NCBI RefSeq assembly: GCF_044704955.1
Contig: NC_091987.1
Span: 186,992,001-187,056,000, forward strand
Source of the DNA: Pristiophorus japonicus
Taxonomy: Eukaryota
Direction: 5' to 3'
Length of the DNA stretch: 64,000 nucleotides
Every line of letters starts with the position of its first letter. The stretch's first letter is position 1. Under the pieces are notes generated by a model, which had not been told where the DNA came from, did no database searches, and saw only the letters and a list, made by a program, of their open reading frames with translations. Both the position numbers and the translations under genes were made by a program. Shown one piece after another: positions 39,330 through 50,760 of this stretch.

Positions 39330-40413
39330 GATAGCACATTCTCACACCCTAATCAAGTTACTGCTGACAAAGGAGATATTTGAAAATCAATGAACAGAAC
39401 AGTTTAAACAGAGCCCAAGAGATTTGATGGGAGATAACGGAGCCTTTTTTGGGGGATATATCTATCCACCAGTTTTACAAGGAAAAACTAGCAGAACACA
39501 GACTGTTACTTGCACAGACTCTAGCAGAACACACTAGCAGAACAGAACGGAGCAGAACACAGACTCGAACAGAACACAGATGCGAACAGAACACAGACAG
39601 ACACAAGCAGCCGGAGTGAAGAAATGGAGTCGTGAAGGAACCTACAAGAAATCGTCAAGGACCGACTGAGCACGAGGCCCACGAAATGGAAGGTTGTCAG
39701 CAACCAAATTGACAAACCCGGGCTACCACAACCAGAAACAACCAACCAAAACCAACTCAGCAAAACCCGAAGAATCGACATTTATTTCCACTCTACAATC
39801 TACTTCTGAACGGCCAACTAACTAAAACCAAAGAAAGTGGGTACTTATCCCATACATCCGAAACGCAACTTACCGCATCAACGGACGCACCCCAACTGAA
39901 GACTACGCAGTCCGAAGTCCTCTCCTCCGTCCGGGGTACGGCTCGCCTAGAAGGCCAAGTGCAGCGAACCCCGAAACTGTGATTCACCGGCAACTGTCTA
40001 AAGGGATTGGTGAGCATAGCCCCTGAACCCTCAGAGCTATAACTTAGTTAGTTAGGGGAATTGGGAGGGGGGAGGTTGGGATAACTTGTGTAAATGTATC
40101 GGCATTCTCCTCTTTACCCCATTTAGAGTTTAAGCTGTATTCTTTTCCCCACAGGCTGTAATTTGACATTTTATTCAATGTGTTGTACCCTTCAGTGTGT
40201 ATCGGTCTGTGTGTGTACTATTAAAGGTGTGCCTTTTACTTTTTAAACACAATAAAGCCATACTTGCTTCCTACCTTGAAACCGATTGTCTGTCCAAATC
40301 TGTCACAGTCCCTTCATAATTCCAGTGTCTAGAACCAAGGGTGTGGGAGCGATTCGGAACCGCTCATATAAGGTCAGAAGGGAAAGCTGACCCCCTGCAA
40401 ACCACCCCTTACA
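39330..40413 (+). mobile_element. Probable long LTR (ERV- or Gypsy-like); 5' boundary uncertain
   Basis: Internal GCAGAACACAGAC-like tandem repeats (39490-39605), AATAAA at 40251, terminal ...CCCCTTACA; no TSD found. Confidence 0.45.
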
Positions 40414-40451
40414 TAAGTGCCTATTGAACTTTATGCTCCAAATTTTCAACC

Positions 40452-40695
40452 CTGAATTTCTCAAGTGTTTCTTCATCTGTTGATGTTGATGCACATCTTC
40501 AAAAGGAAATAGTGGAAATGCAGTTTGCTTGATATTTGCGTTATCTTAGCAGTTGCAAATCATCATGCTCTGTATTACATTCAACCATCTCTTGTTATTT
40601 ACAACCGCCAATATGGTTCTTAACTGCATTTCCAACTATTTCCTTTTGAAGATGTACATCAACATCAACAGACGAAGAAACACTTGAAAATTCAG
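40452..40695. repeat. Inverted repeat, 74-bp arms around a 96-bp spacer
   Basis: 40452-40525 is a near-perfect reverse complement of 40622-40695. Confidence 0.95.
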
Positions 40696-40961
40696 TTCTT
40701 CTTGGTGACTTCACAATTTTTTCTCTTTCCTTTTTTTGTACTCGCACTTAGTGTATTTTGGCTTTTTTAGAAATGCACTTTACCAATCCACACATTGTTT
40801 GACTAACTTGTGATTTGGAATTTAAAAAAATTTATATACTGGTGTATCACTGTATTTACACATGAAATTGAGCTGTACTTCATGACAATTGTAAATCATG
40901 ATAGATAACTTGATTCAAAGGACACTGTAAGGATTACTATTTTACTCAGCATCCCAGAACT

Positions 40962-41068
40962 AAAGAAAGAAAGACTTGCATTTATACAGGACCTTTCATG
41001 ACCACCAGATTTCTCAAAGCGCTTTACAGTCAATGCAGTACTTTTTGGAGTATAGTCACTGTTGCAAT
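40962..41068 (-). mobile_element. DeuSINE/SacSINE1-like 3' tail
   Basis: AAAGACTTGCATTTATA...CTCAAAGCGCTTTACAG, an L2-derived SINE tail as I recall it. Confidence 0.6.
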
Positions 41069-43309
41069 GAACAAACTTGGCCATTCCTACAAAGTCTTTC
41101 CTGACTACTGCTGCTGTTTTGCAATTAATTTTTTACTTAAATGGAAGGCTATTATTGGGCTTGTGACCCACCCACAGGCTTAAATGCAAGTTTTACAGAG
41201 TGCCTGAGGACATGGATGAACTCAACTGCATAGCCTAGAAAACAGAATGACTGTAGCCACCTTGGAAATTAATTGGTCTGTTTGTGTATCCTCATCTCCT
41301 GGAGATGGGATAAGCATGGCAGCACAGCCTTAGAATCTATATAGTACTACTCATTCTGACAATGGCCCAAAGTGGGCGGGGCACTTTGAGACCCAATATG
41401 CCAGTTGTATGAACTTTGGAATTTTGATCTAGGTTGTGAAAGGGATGAATCTTTACATTAAAAAAAATATAAGTAATTGTTCCTCTTTGAGCCTTGATGC
41501 GATGAGATCCATTTGGTAACCTAAACGATGAGGACACAATCCACTCCTATGGGCTGAATTTTCCAAGATGATAGTGGGTGAGCTTGATGGTGGGTCGGCT
41601 GGACAAGTTGTTATTTTTGACAATAGGACGGAAACCCGCTGCCATCTAGCCACAACGCGCCTTTCCCACAGGTCCGTCTGTCATCGCAGAGCTGACCTGA
41701 CTGACAGGGGACCAAATTGAGATAATTATCAGATAGTTTACAGGCATTTAAAGAGCCTTTTTTCACTCACTTTTTAAATTTCCCTGCATGGCCATGGGAT
41801 TCACACAGCTCGGGAATTGCATCTGTCAACCTGAGGAGTGAGGTCCGTGGCCATTGCTCCAGTTGATTACTTGATGGCATGGAAAACAAACCAAAATAAA
41901 AAGATGTTGATTACATTAGCTGACATATTGATGGAGATTCTGTTCTACTTGAAAAGCTACTGGTAAATGTTAATTAAGAAATTCCTGCAGGGATGTTATT
42001 GCGACTCTGGATGGTGAGGGAAATAGATTTTTCACTAGCCATTCTCGGCTGTCGCCTTCCAGCTCAACAGTAATTGCAGTGAATTGCTCTGCACTATAAA
42101 ACATGACACATACAATTTAAATGAATTCTTGTTTCTGGTCAGGTTTTTCTCACAATGTACTGTGATTGTCCAGTTACACATTAAACCACATCATCAACTG
42201 TAACAATTTCATTCTCATAACTCATTCCACTGGTTCAATTTGCTTTCAGTCCCTGAATATGACTAATGTAATTTTTCAGTCTGAGGCTTTAGGGGTCAAT
42301 TCCTGCAGAGGTTCTCTCACTTGTCCATTGTTAACTTCAACGGAAGAGCTGCAGAAATCCCAGAAACACATTGTAAGCACCGCTTAGACTGTTTGTCAGG
42401 GTTTCCATAGATTGTAAATCCACCCCTTTAAAATTACGTTTAAAATCTGCTTAATTTTATATATTACCTATACACGTATATCTTTTATTTGTACCAGTTA
42501 CTGATTCAAAAGTCTATAGATTTGTGACTAAAGCTTCAATAATTTTCAATTAAAGTACTTTTTAAAATTAGGTTCATGATCGTATTTGTAGATGTCATAT
42601 TACTTAATGATATTTAAATATTTCTTTGTCACTCATATAGAACTTTTATTATATGATTGCAGAGTAAAAAATCAACATCCACTTTGTTAGATGAAACATT
42701 AAATGTAATGTGACCAGGGTCCCTTTAATGATCCCGGCTGAAAACGCATCATGAATGACATCAACAGACCCGCTTCATCTCATTGGGCTGGGTGATACAC
42801 TGGGCTGGGTTTTAATAGGCCCCATTAAGGTAAGTTCATTTTCTATAGCAGGATGGAGCCAGCAGCGGGGTAGTGTTCTGCCACGGACACCGGCTGCACT
42901 GGACCCACCAAGGAGAAGAAAATTCCGGCCTTTGTCTTTGCCAATGACATTGGCTACTGCGTGAGGGAGACTTGACGTTAGATTTTTTTCCAACGAATAC
43001 TTACCTGTGGGGATGTTCATTCCCTCACTGCAGTACCTTCACTTGTGATCCTTAGTCAAGATGAGAAGGTCTTCACATGGCGTTGTGAACATGAATCTAT
43101 TTCTCACTACAATACAGTACATTAGCCCGCAAGTGTGCTGCACTGCTGATCACTTGGGCATCTACAATTCTCATCAGTCCAATGTCTTTTTTGGGCATCA
43201 ATTCTAGATATCCTGTCTATGTCCTTTTGAAGTCTATTGCTATCTTCCAGTAGTGTTAAGAATCATCAATGGTCTCAGCGTGGTGATACTTTGGTCTAAT
43301 TGGACTTTC

Positions 43310-43436
43310 AAGGGATATGGGGCCAGTGCAGGAAGGTGAAGTTGAGATAGAAGATCTGCCATGATCTTATTGAATGGCGGAGCAAGCTTGAAGGGTCAAA
43401 TGGCCTACTCCTGCTCCTATTTCTTATGTTCTTATC
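43310..43436 (+). mobile_element. CR1 3' tip (TTCTTATG tail)
   Basis: TCAAGGGATATGGG...GAATGGCGGAGCAAGC...TTCTTATGTTCTTAT. Confidence 0.8.
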
Positions 43437-44039
43437 AGTAATTTTCATTTTTATATTATAAATGATGCACTTGCCTCAATGATTTCCTTGTTGAGCTGTA
43501 ATAATTAGTTCTGTTGATTATAATTTATCTTTGATGTTAGATGCTTGGGTTACTCAATTTAACTGTTCATTTGATTCAGTTTTTATTTGTCTGTGACATA
43601 GAATGGCATTGAGGTAAACTGTAATTTGACTGTAATTTGGTTCACTTATTTGCTGGGTTTGTATTTATTCTCCAATTGACCGAGGATTACTGTTTAACTG
43701 TTACAGGGTTCATAATGGAACTTTTGGCTCAGCGCCAGAATTGCCAATAAATTACTAGCTAATAAAGGGACAGTAAATGAGGGAGTAAAGGGCACATGCA
43801 CTATGCTCAACTGACACTGTTAATGGTTTTTCCCCACCTGTATTAGAGTCTTGTAGCACATATTACAGAAGTTAACTGTAGGAGTATGATCTTATTGTAA
43901 TGGTCTTGTACGACTGCTGTGTGTACCTACTGTAAACTATTATGGTGCACTAACAAGTGCATTCTGTAGTGACAACAAAATATTGGTTCAAGTTTGACTG
44001 GCAATTTCTTAACATTTTAAAATTAATAATCGTGGAAGG

Positions 44040-44354
44040 GTGTGTGGAGGGAAGAGATAGGCAGATATTTTGTTTAAAAAAAAATGTGTTTAAGAAATTC
44101 TGTATCTCGGTTCTTTGAGATTGGGAAGTCAGGATGAGAGGTCATTAATTTAAAATTCTCACCAAGAAAGTGAGGGACGAGGTTATGAAAACAATCTTTG
44201 TGGATTTGCCATAGGCAATAGTTGAAAAAAAGACTTTTGCATGTTTAAGGGAAAGTTAGATGAATATTTGAAGCAGGATAAGATACAGGGTTATGGAGAG
44301 ACAGTGGAGCAGTGGGATTTAATTTTGGAATGCTCTCACTAAAAACTGGCATGG
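44040..44354 (+). mobile_element. Old CR1 3' fragment
   Basis: Degenerate C-terminal ORF2 (FKGKLDEYLKQDKIQGYGE). Confidence 0.55.
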
Positions 44355-44632
44355 ACATAGAAACATAGAAAATAGGTGCAGGAGCAGGCCATTCAGCCCT
44401 TCGAGCCTGCACTGCCATTCAATATGATCATGGCTGATCATTCAACCTCAGTACCCCACCCCAGCCTTCTCTCCATACCCCCTGATCCCTTTAGCCATAA
44501 GGGCCACATCTAACTGCCTTTTGAATATGTCCAACGAACTGGACTCAATAACTTTCTTTGGCAGAGAAGTCCACAGGTTCACAACTCTCTGGGTGAAAAA
44601 GTTTTTCCTCATCTCAGTCCTAAATGGCTTAC
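44355..44632 (-). mobile_element. CR1 3' fragment related to the young family
   Basis: KPFRTEMRKNFFTQRVVNLW...GYGEKAG; CATAGAAA tail. Confidence 0.9.
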
Positions 44633-46230
44633 TCCAGAGACTCATGGTTGGAATTTTTTTTCGAAGTCTGGGATTTTTCTCATAACCAAGTCTGTATGTA
44701 GGCTTGCTTCTGTGATCACACCACATCATTGGTGCTGTTGATTTATAGGAAAGGCTCCAGTACATAAGAGTGGAGGAACAATTGAAAGTCAAATCTTTTT
44801 CAGAGATGCGAGAGCAGTGAATTGAGGTTTGCCAGCAATTTGCCCTAAAAGGACGATTTAAACATGAAAGTGGGGAGAAAAGATGAAATGTGCAGTAGAA
44901 TACAGATTTATGTGTAAAATTATATTTTAAAAGCCAGTAAGTTGAATCAAAACCAAAAAGAATAATAAATCACAGCCCAGATGTATATCTTCCCACTGTT
45001 TCTGTATTCTGTTGATGTGAATAAGCTTTGTAGGATGGAATTGTGACATGTGTTTACTTGTTAAAAAATGTTGGCTTTTCATGAATGAATGGAAGTTGGC
45101 GTAGTTCAATAAAAACTGTTTTTCCCTTTCCCCCAAATATCTGTTGGCACTTGAAGCATGAACTCATGCCTAAGTTAATGAGCAGGCTGAGCCTGGAGGT
45201 TTTTTTCAAAAAGTGCTTTTCAAAAAACATAAATGGATTGTTGAAACAGGTTATGGCAAAACCTTGATGGTAACAAATAAAGCTGCTGCAAAAATCAAAA
45301 TCTAGTAAATACAACACATGAAAAATACAATGGGGACCGGGGAGGAAATCAAGGTTTGATCCATTTATTTTCTATTATTTAGAAGTCGATTATAGTGGAG
45401 GGTGAAAAGTCAGTTCTCAAACCAAATAAACAATGGAATTTCAAATTATTGTTCCATTTAATTCCTGTGATCCAAGCTTTTCTTGTACAGGTGGACTAAG
45501 GATCTACAGTTTATTAACATAATAGTTTTAGTGCTTTCCTGATGCTTATTTTGATTTCTCCTTAAGATCTAAAGTCACATGTGACCCCACATAAATGAAC
45601 ATAAATAAAGCTTTGCATTCTGAGAAGAAACAAAGTTACAGGCTGGAATTTCCTCGAGCTGGCTTACGCAGAAATTGCACCAAAATTTAAGCTGGGGACT
45701 GAAGCCAAAATTTCCGAGGTTCGCAGCATAAAACTGAACATAAAAACCAGTATAAAACAAGCAGAAATGAGCGTACACAATTGGATCTTGAGGCAAATGT
45801 AGAACATACACCTTTTATCTACTTTAAGTCCTTCTTTATCGTTATGAAATTATGACATGATGAAAATTATAGTTGGAAGCAATCAAATCATCATTTATGC
45901 ACATTAAGCACAACAGGTTTAAGAAAATTGTTGAAGCTTTTCTCGTTTTAATGCAATAGATTCTGATGCCATTAAAATGCATTCCGAGATATAGAAAATA
46001 CAAAGCGAATTTCAGTAAAAATAAATTTTTTAAATTGCTAATAAGAATAACTGTAAAAACACCAGTAATGGTGATATTTTGGCGTTAAACCAGCACAAAT
46101 TTGTTACACCTGAATTTTCCTCTGGGGTGGGTGGGGGGGTGCGGCTGGAAGGGAAATATAGCAAAACCAAGCTATTACGTTGAGGGGCTTGCCTACAGTA
46201 GCACCTGTTGTTCACTTTGCATTCATATAT

Positions 46231-46821
46231 GGGCCTGAATTTGGTGAACTTACCGTCGGAAAAACTCGGTCTCCCTGTTTTTTCGGCGCTTTCCCCTCCG
46301 AGCGAGTTCGGTGAGGCCCTCACTCTGGCTGGGAAGCATCTGCTGGCATGCGCTAGCGTGCAACGCCGACAAAAGTCCTCCCGCCCGCTCCCTCCTGAGA
46401 TTGGTCCGGTCGGTCCTCTGCTCCAGGAGCAGAAGGGACCGCTGCGTGGAGGCAGGTCTTACCCGAACGGTAATTATGAAGACCTGCAAGAAAAGGTTAG
46501 TGAACTGGTTTTCTTCAATTTTATTGCAGCGATTTGGTTAGATAGGGTCTCTGAAGGATTTGTAATCGTTTTTTTTTCATTTGTTGAACATTTTTTTTCC
46601 CGTTCTCCCCGCACCCCCTCCGCACCCCGGGCCCGATTCTATCCTCGGCATTACTTTGCTGAGGATCGCACTTGCCGCTCAAAATCCGACCTATCGCCCA
46701 GAATGGGCGTGTATTATTTCAAGCGGATGTTTTCTCCCCCATTTTTCCACCAAACTTCCGCCCAATGTACCGTCAGGATCTTAGCGGTCCTTTCGACAGT
46801 ACATGGGCGGAATCTAGGTTT
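46231..46821. mobile_element. Harbinger-type MITE
   Basis: Starts GGGCCTGAATTTGG, ends GGAATCTAGGTTT; sub-terminal TACCGTCGGAAAA / CTTTCGACAGTA; internal GAAGACCTG motif shared with 4608-5216. Confidence 0.6.
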
Positions 46822-46859
46822 GACCAAACTCAGGGCCCACAGACGACCTTTCACTTTTC

Positions 46860-47760
46860 ACTGTGCATCAAAGTTCAACAGTGCACAGTTTAACATGGTG
46901 TTGGACCAAATGTACAACCACAATACAAGGAACTGGCTCTTTGATGAATACTGCCTCTTGGGAATGGTGAAAATGTGAGAAGATGGGGCTTTCAGAAGAT
47001 GGAGCATTCCAAGAGCACTGCCAGTAAAAATACAAACTTGGAAGAGGCCCTCTCTGACTCTCAAAGCAGAGAAAATTTGTGAATGAGTGCAGTCATTGGA
47101 ACCTAATCTCCATGAAGGCCAAAATAAAGACACTTGAACCTGATTACTTAGTTGGTCCGAAAACTTCCTTGGGCAATCAGTGAAAAGAAAAATATGTTCT
47201 ACCCCGCTTCGAGCAACCAACTGTGATTTGCAGCAAACTATCTGAATGAGGTGCTTCATACCCAAGCCCAAAACATACTCCTGTAAGCAGTGTTGGCAAT
47301 TATGTTGTTCGTTTGGAGAATTTGAAAAGTGAAGAACATGGAAAATGAGGTGATACGGCTGTGAAAAGGAACAATGCACATGAAGGAGATGAATCATGTT
47401 ACTTTACAGATTTTTTAAAATCGTAATAAAGTAAACATGCATAACTACATGGAGGTGTAGTCAAGATGACATTCAAAGCTGCTGCCAAGGTTTTAAGTGA
47501 AGAAAGTCTTTGAGGGTCTCAAATCTTTGTAGTCATAGTGTGCTGAACAGGTCATTCGGCGAGCCACTGAAGCTAACGCCATTCTTATGTGCATCTTCTA
47601 CAGTATACAAATGAATGGTTTGAAAGGGTTTGGGTGTAAAAGATTGGACCATTCCCACTAATTCATGATTTTCTATGGCTTTTACAAAATTGTGTGTTGT
47701 TGCTTCTTTTCCAATCACAGCTGTTCTTCTTGGTCCTGACATTTTGGGATGGAAATATGT
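46860..47760 (+). pseudogene. Putative ancient P-element/Galileo/THAP9-like transposase relic
   Basis: Ordered motifs VLDQM...WLFDEYCLLG, DLQQTI*MRCF, KHA*LHGGVVKMTFKAAAKVLSEES and ATEANAILMCIFYSIQMNG. Confidence 0.45.
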
Positions 47761-47977
47761 CTTAGCCCATTTCTGGGCTCTGCGACCCAACCGGGAGACC
47801 TGAGGCCAGCCTAAAATCGGGCGTTATTGAGATTGTTGCACGTTGCTGGATCCAGTCGTGCCTCCACAGGCAGCATGTGCATTTGTTGGGTCTCTTATTT
47901 TGCCTGCAGCAGCCGGAGGGTGGCTGGTTTGACCATTTTGATATTTGAGCACACGTTTGCAACCAAAACGTAGACAA

Positions 47978-48588
47978 GGGCCTAGATTTTAACTCATTCG
48001 CCCTCCCCCCACCACACCCCGCTAGCCCAGCAAGAATGGTGAGTGGGAGGGATTAAGAATAGGCCAAGTCGACTTGCTGGCCTGAGGCTGCACCGTTCTC
48101 ATCTGTCGCCGCATCATCTTCGTTGACTTTCAAGTCAGCCGTTACAATCAGGCAGTGGCCGACTTTAAATTGAAAAATCATGGACTGATTATGTCACTGG
48201 TGCCGAGACGTGATTTTAATCATTGAAAGGGAGTCCCGCACTGCATGGAACCTGACAGCTGTAGCACTGCAAGAGGTGCCAACTCGCCAGAACAGACTAG
48301 GGTAAGTTTTTCAAAATTACTTTTTTGTGAAAATTCTTTGTGGGCCAGGAGGAGCAGGACTACTCGCCCCAGGTCCTGCCAGGAGTCCCTGGGCTTCCCC
48401 AGTCCCAGCCTTATGCGTCCTTCTCTGCGTCGGCTGCCAAAGCCCTTGCCCAGCATTGAGGTTATGCCGAGGACCGTTCCATTGGGTCCCCAGCGCCTGA
48501 GGCTCCCGTGCCAATTTCCCGCTCCCGCCTGCAGGCCCTGTCAGTGTTGCAATATTTAAATGAGGCTCGGGAGTTAAAATATGGGAGT
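47978..48588. mobile_element. Harbinger-type MITE
   Basis: GGGCCTAGATTTTAACTC / GAGTTAAAATATGGG termini. Confidence 0.6.
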
Positions 48589-48594
48589 GACATT

Positions 48595-49232
48595 GGGCTA
48601 GAATTTCCATTGCATCGCCGCCTGGTTTCTCCGACGGTATTGATCATTTTGGGCAAGAACCGTGTCGGCGAAAATTTCCACAACTGAGTTCCACCGGTGG
48701 TTGCGAAGTACCGCTGCAGAGCGAACCGCCGGTGTGCACCGTCCACAGACCGTCATCGTCCGATTTCTGGCTCAGCGGTGACCCGTACGTAAGTTGAAAT
48801 TAAAACGCCCCCGAGAAACCACGGAGCTGGGCGGTAGGTAAGTAGCCCTGCAAATAAAGGTAAGTAAACGAGTTTTTACTAATTATTTTTAAATTCTCTT
48901 AGTGATTAAGGTGAAAATGGTCCTGAGAATGTTGTCTGATTTTTTTTAATTTAACGTTTTTTGAAAAAATATTTTTTATGTTTTTCTCCTCCTGGGCCCA
49001 ACCCGCAGCCTCGGTGTAAATTTTAGTATTTATCGCCCTTTTTTTTAAGAACCGCCCAATCAGCCTAAGATTCCATTTTCCGCCAAGAATCAGAGTGTCA
49101 GGTCCATTTTCTTTCGCTGGGCAGATTTAAAAAAATTTTTTAATAGAATTTTTCGCCAGCGATAATTTGAGAATCTAAGTGGTTTTTTGGCCGGCAATCT
49201 GGCGCTGGTGGATTTTTGGGAAATTCTAGCCC
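48595..49232. mobile_element. Harbinger-type MITE
   Basis: Perfect 14-bp TIR GGGCTAGAATTTCC / GGAAATTCTAGCCC. Confidence 0.85.
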
Positions 49233-49687
49233 TATTTGTCTTCACTCGCTTCTGTGCCTGTGTCTCCCAACTTCACCGCCCCCCACCCCCCCGAGCGCAA
49301 TTTCCATCAACCATTTTCTGCGCATGCGTCCTCCCTCCGCCATCCCCCGACGCCGGAACCAGAAGTGGGGCCCTGTTCATTCTGAACTGACCACATTGTC
49401 TAACTGAGCCATAAGCCCCAAGCCACCCACAAGCCCCTGAGTCTCCGACCGAGCCTCCAACTGGGCCCTAGGCCACTTGCAAGCTGCCAAGCCCCAAGCC
49501 TCCCGCTGAGCTGTTGGGGAGAGCGGTGGCAGAAGAGCGGCAGTGGCGGGGGGAGAGAGAGAGCGTTTGGGGGGGTGGGGGGAGAGAGAAAGTGAACTTG
49601 GTGGGGGAGAGAGAGAGAGAGCTTGGGGAGGGGAAGTGAGAGAGAGCTTTTAGTGGGGGCGTAGGTTGGGGGGCGAAGAGAGAGATA

Positions 49688-49795
49688 AAAGCAAAATACT
49701 GCGGATGCTGGAATCTGAAATAAAGACAGAAAATCAGGCAGCATCTGTGGAGACAGAAACAGAGTTAACGTTTCAGGTCGAAGACCCTGTGTCAG
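49688..49795 (-). mobile_element. Penelope-like 3' terminal fragment with a degenerate hammerhead motif
   Basis: Reverse complement reads CTGACAC-AGGGTC-TTC-GACCT-GAAACGTT-AACT. Confidence 0.7.
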
Positions 49796-50091
49796 AGAGA
49801 GAGATGGGGTGGGGGTAGAAGAGAGAGACAAGGGTGGGGGGGATCGCAGTGGAGAGAGGGAACTCGGAAAACGGATCACGTTGTTCCAACCCCCTTTACA
49901 CCCACACCCAATTTCTCAGAATGCTCAGTCCGTGTGTTACAAGGGACATCATGATGAAATCCAGAAGTAACGACACTGTCACTATTCACTTCATACCCAA
50001 TAAACCTGTTAACAATCTGCACACAATGCCCCTTCGGCTGAGTGGGAGATGTATCCTTTCTAATTTCTGAAGTCCAAATGGATCATGTTAC

Positions 50092-50760
50092 TGTTGTGTA
50101 TCTGTAAAGCATGCACTTCCATGTTCCGCCACCAGGGCGCTCATCCCCTAAAGTTGCAAGGGATCCCAGCATACCTTGGGAGCACTGTATATAAGCCAGC
50201 CCCTAACTCCTGTTCCTCACTCTGGAGTGTCTTATTAAAGACTGAGGTCACTGTTACTTTAACCTCCCTATGTGCAGCCTCATCTGTATTAGGAACACAA
50301 TAACTGGCGACGAGAATATGAATCCAACGCAAAGATGCAGCAAACTGTGGGCATCCTGGAGAAGATCTCAGAGGGTGAGGACTGGGAAGCCGATGTCGAA
50401 CGGCTAGACCAGTACTTTGTAGCCAACGAGCTGGACGGAGAAGGAAGCGCTGCAAAAAGGAGAGCAGTCCGCTTCACAGTCTGCGGGGCACCGACTTACA
50501 GCCTCATGAAGAATCTTCTGGCTCCGGTGAAACCCACAGATAAGTCGTATGAGGAGCTGTGTACACTGGTTCGGGAACATCTTAACCCGAGGGAGAGCGT
50601 GCTGATGGCGAGGTATCTGTTCCAGCGATCTGAAGGTCAGGAAGTGGCGAGCTACGTCGCCGAGCTAAGGTGAGTTTGATTGCTAACTGGTGCAGATGCT
50701 CAGAGACTTTTTTGTACTGGGCATTGGCTATGAGAGCATCCTATGAAAACTTTTGACTGG
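50092..50760 (+). mobile_element. Ty3/Gypsy 5' fragment: LTR 50092-50302, PBS 50305-50314, truncated gag
   Basis: LTR TGTTGTGT...ACACAATA with TATATAA and ATTAAA; PBS TGGCGACGAG complementary to the tRNA-Ser(GCU) 3' end; gag EDWEADVERLDQYFVAN...LLAPVKP (50335-50673). Confidence 0.88.

Noticed and set aside
39490-39605. Short repeats with variable spacing, superficially CRISPR-like
   Set aside because: Degenerate ~13-15-bp tandem units with no unique spacers and no cas genes, in a eukaryotic LTR-like context
41950-43300. Coding-like stretches possibly continuing the RT relic at 38050-38715
   Set aside because: Only hints of endonuclease motifs; too degenerate to call by eye
46208-46978. 256-aa ORF
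   Set aside because: Mostly MITE sequence that reads through by chance into the old transposase relic
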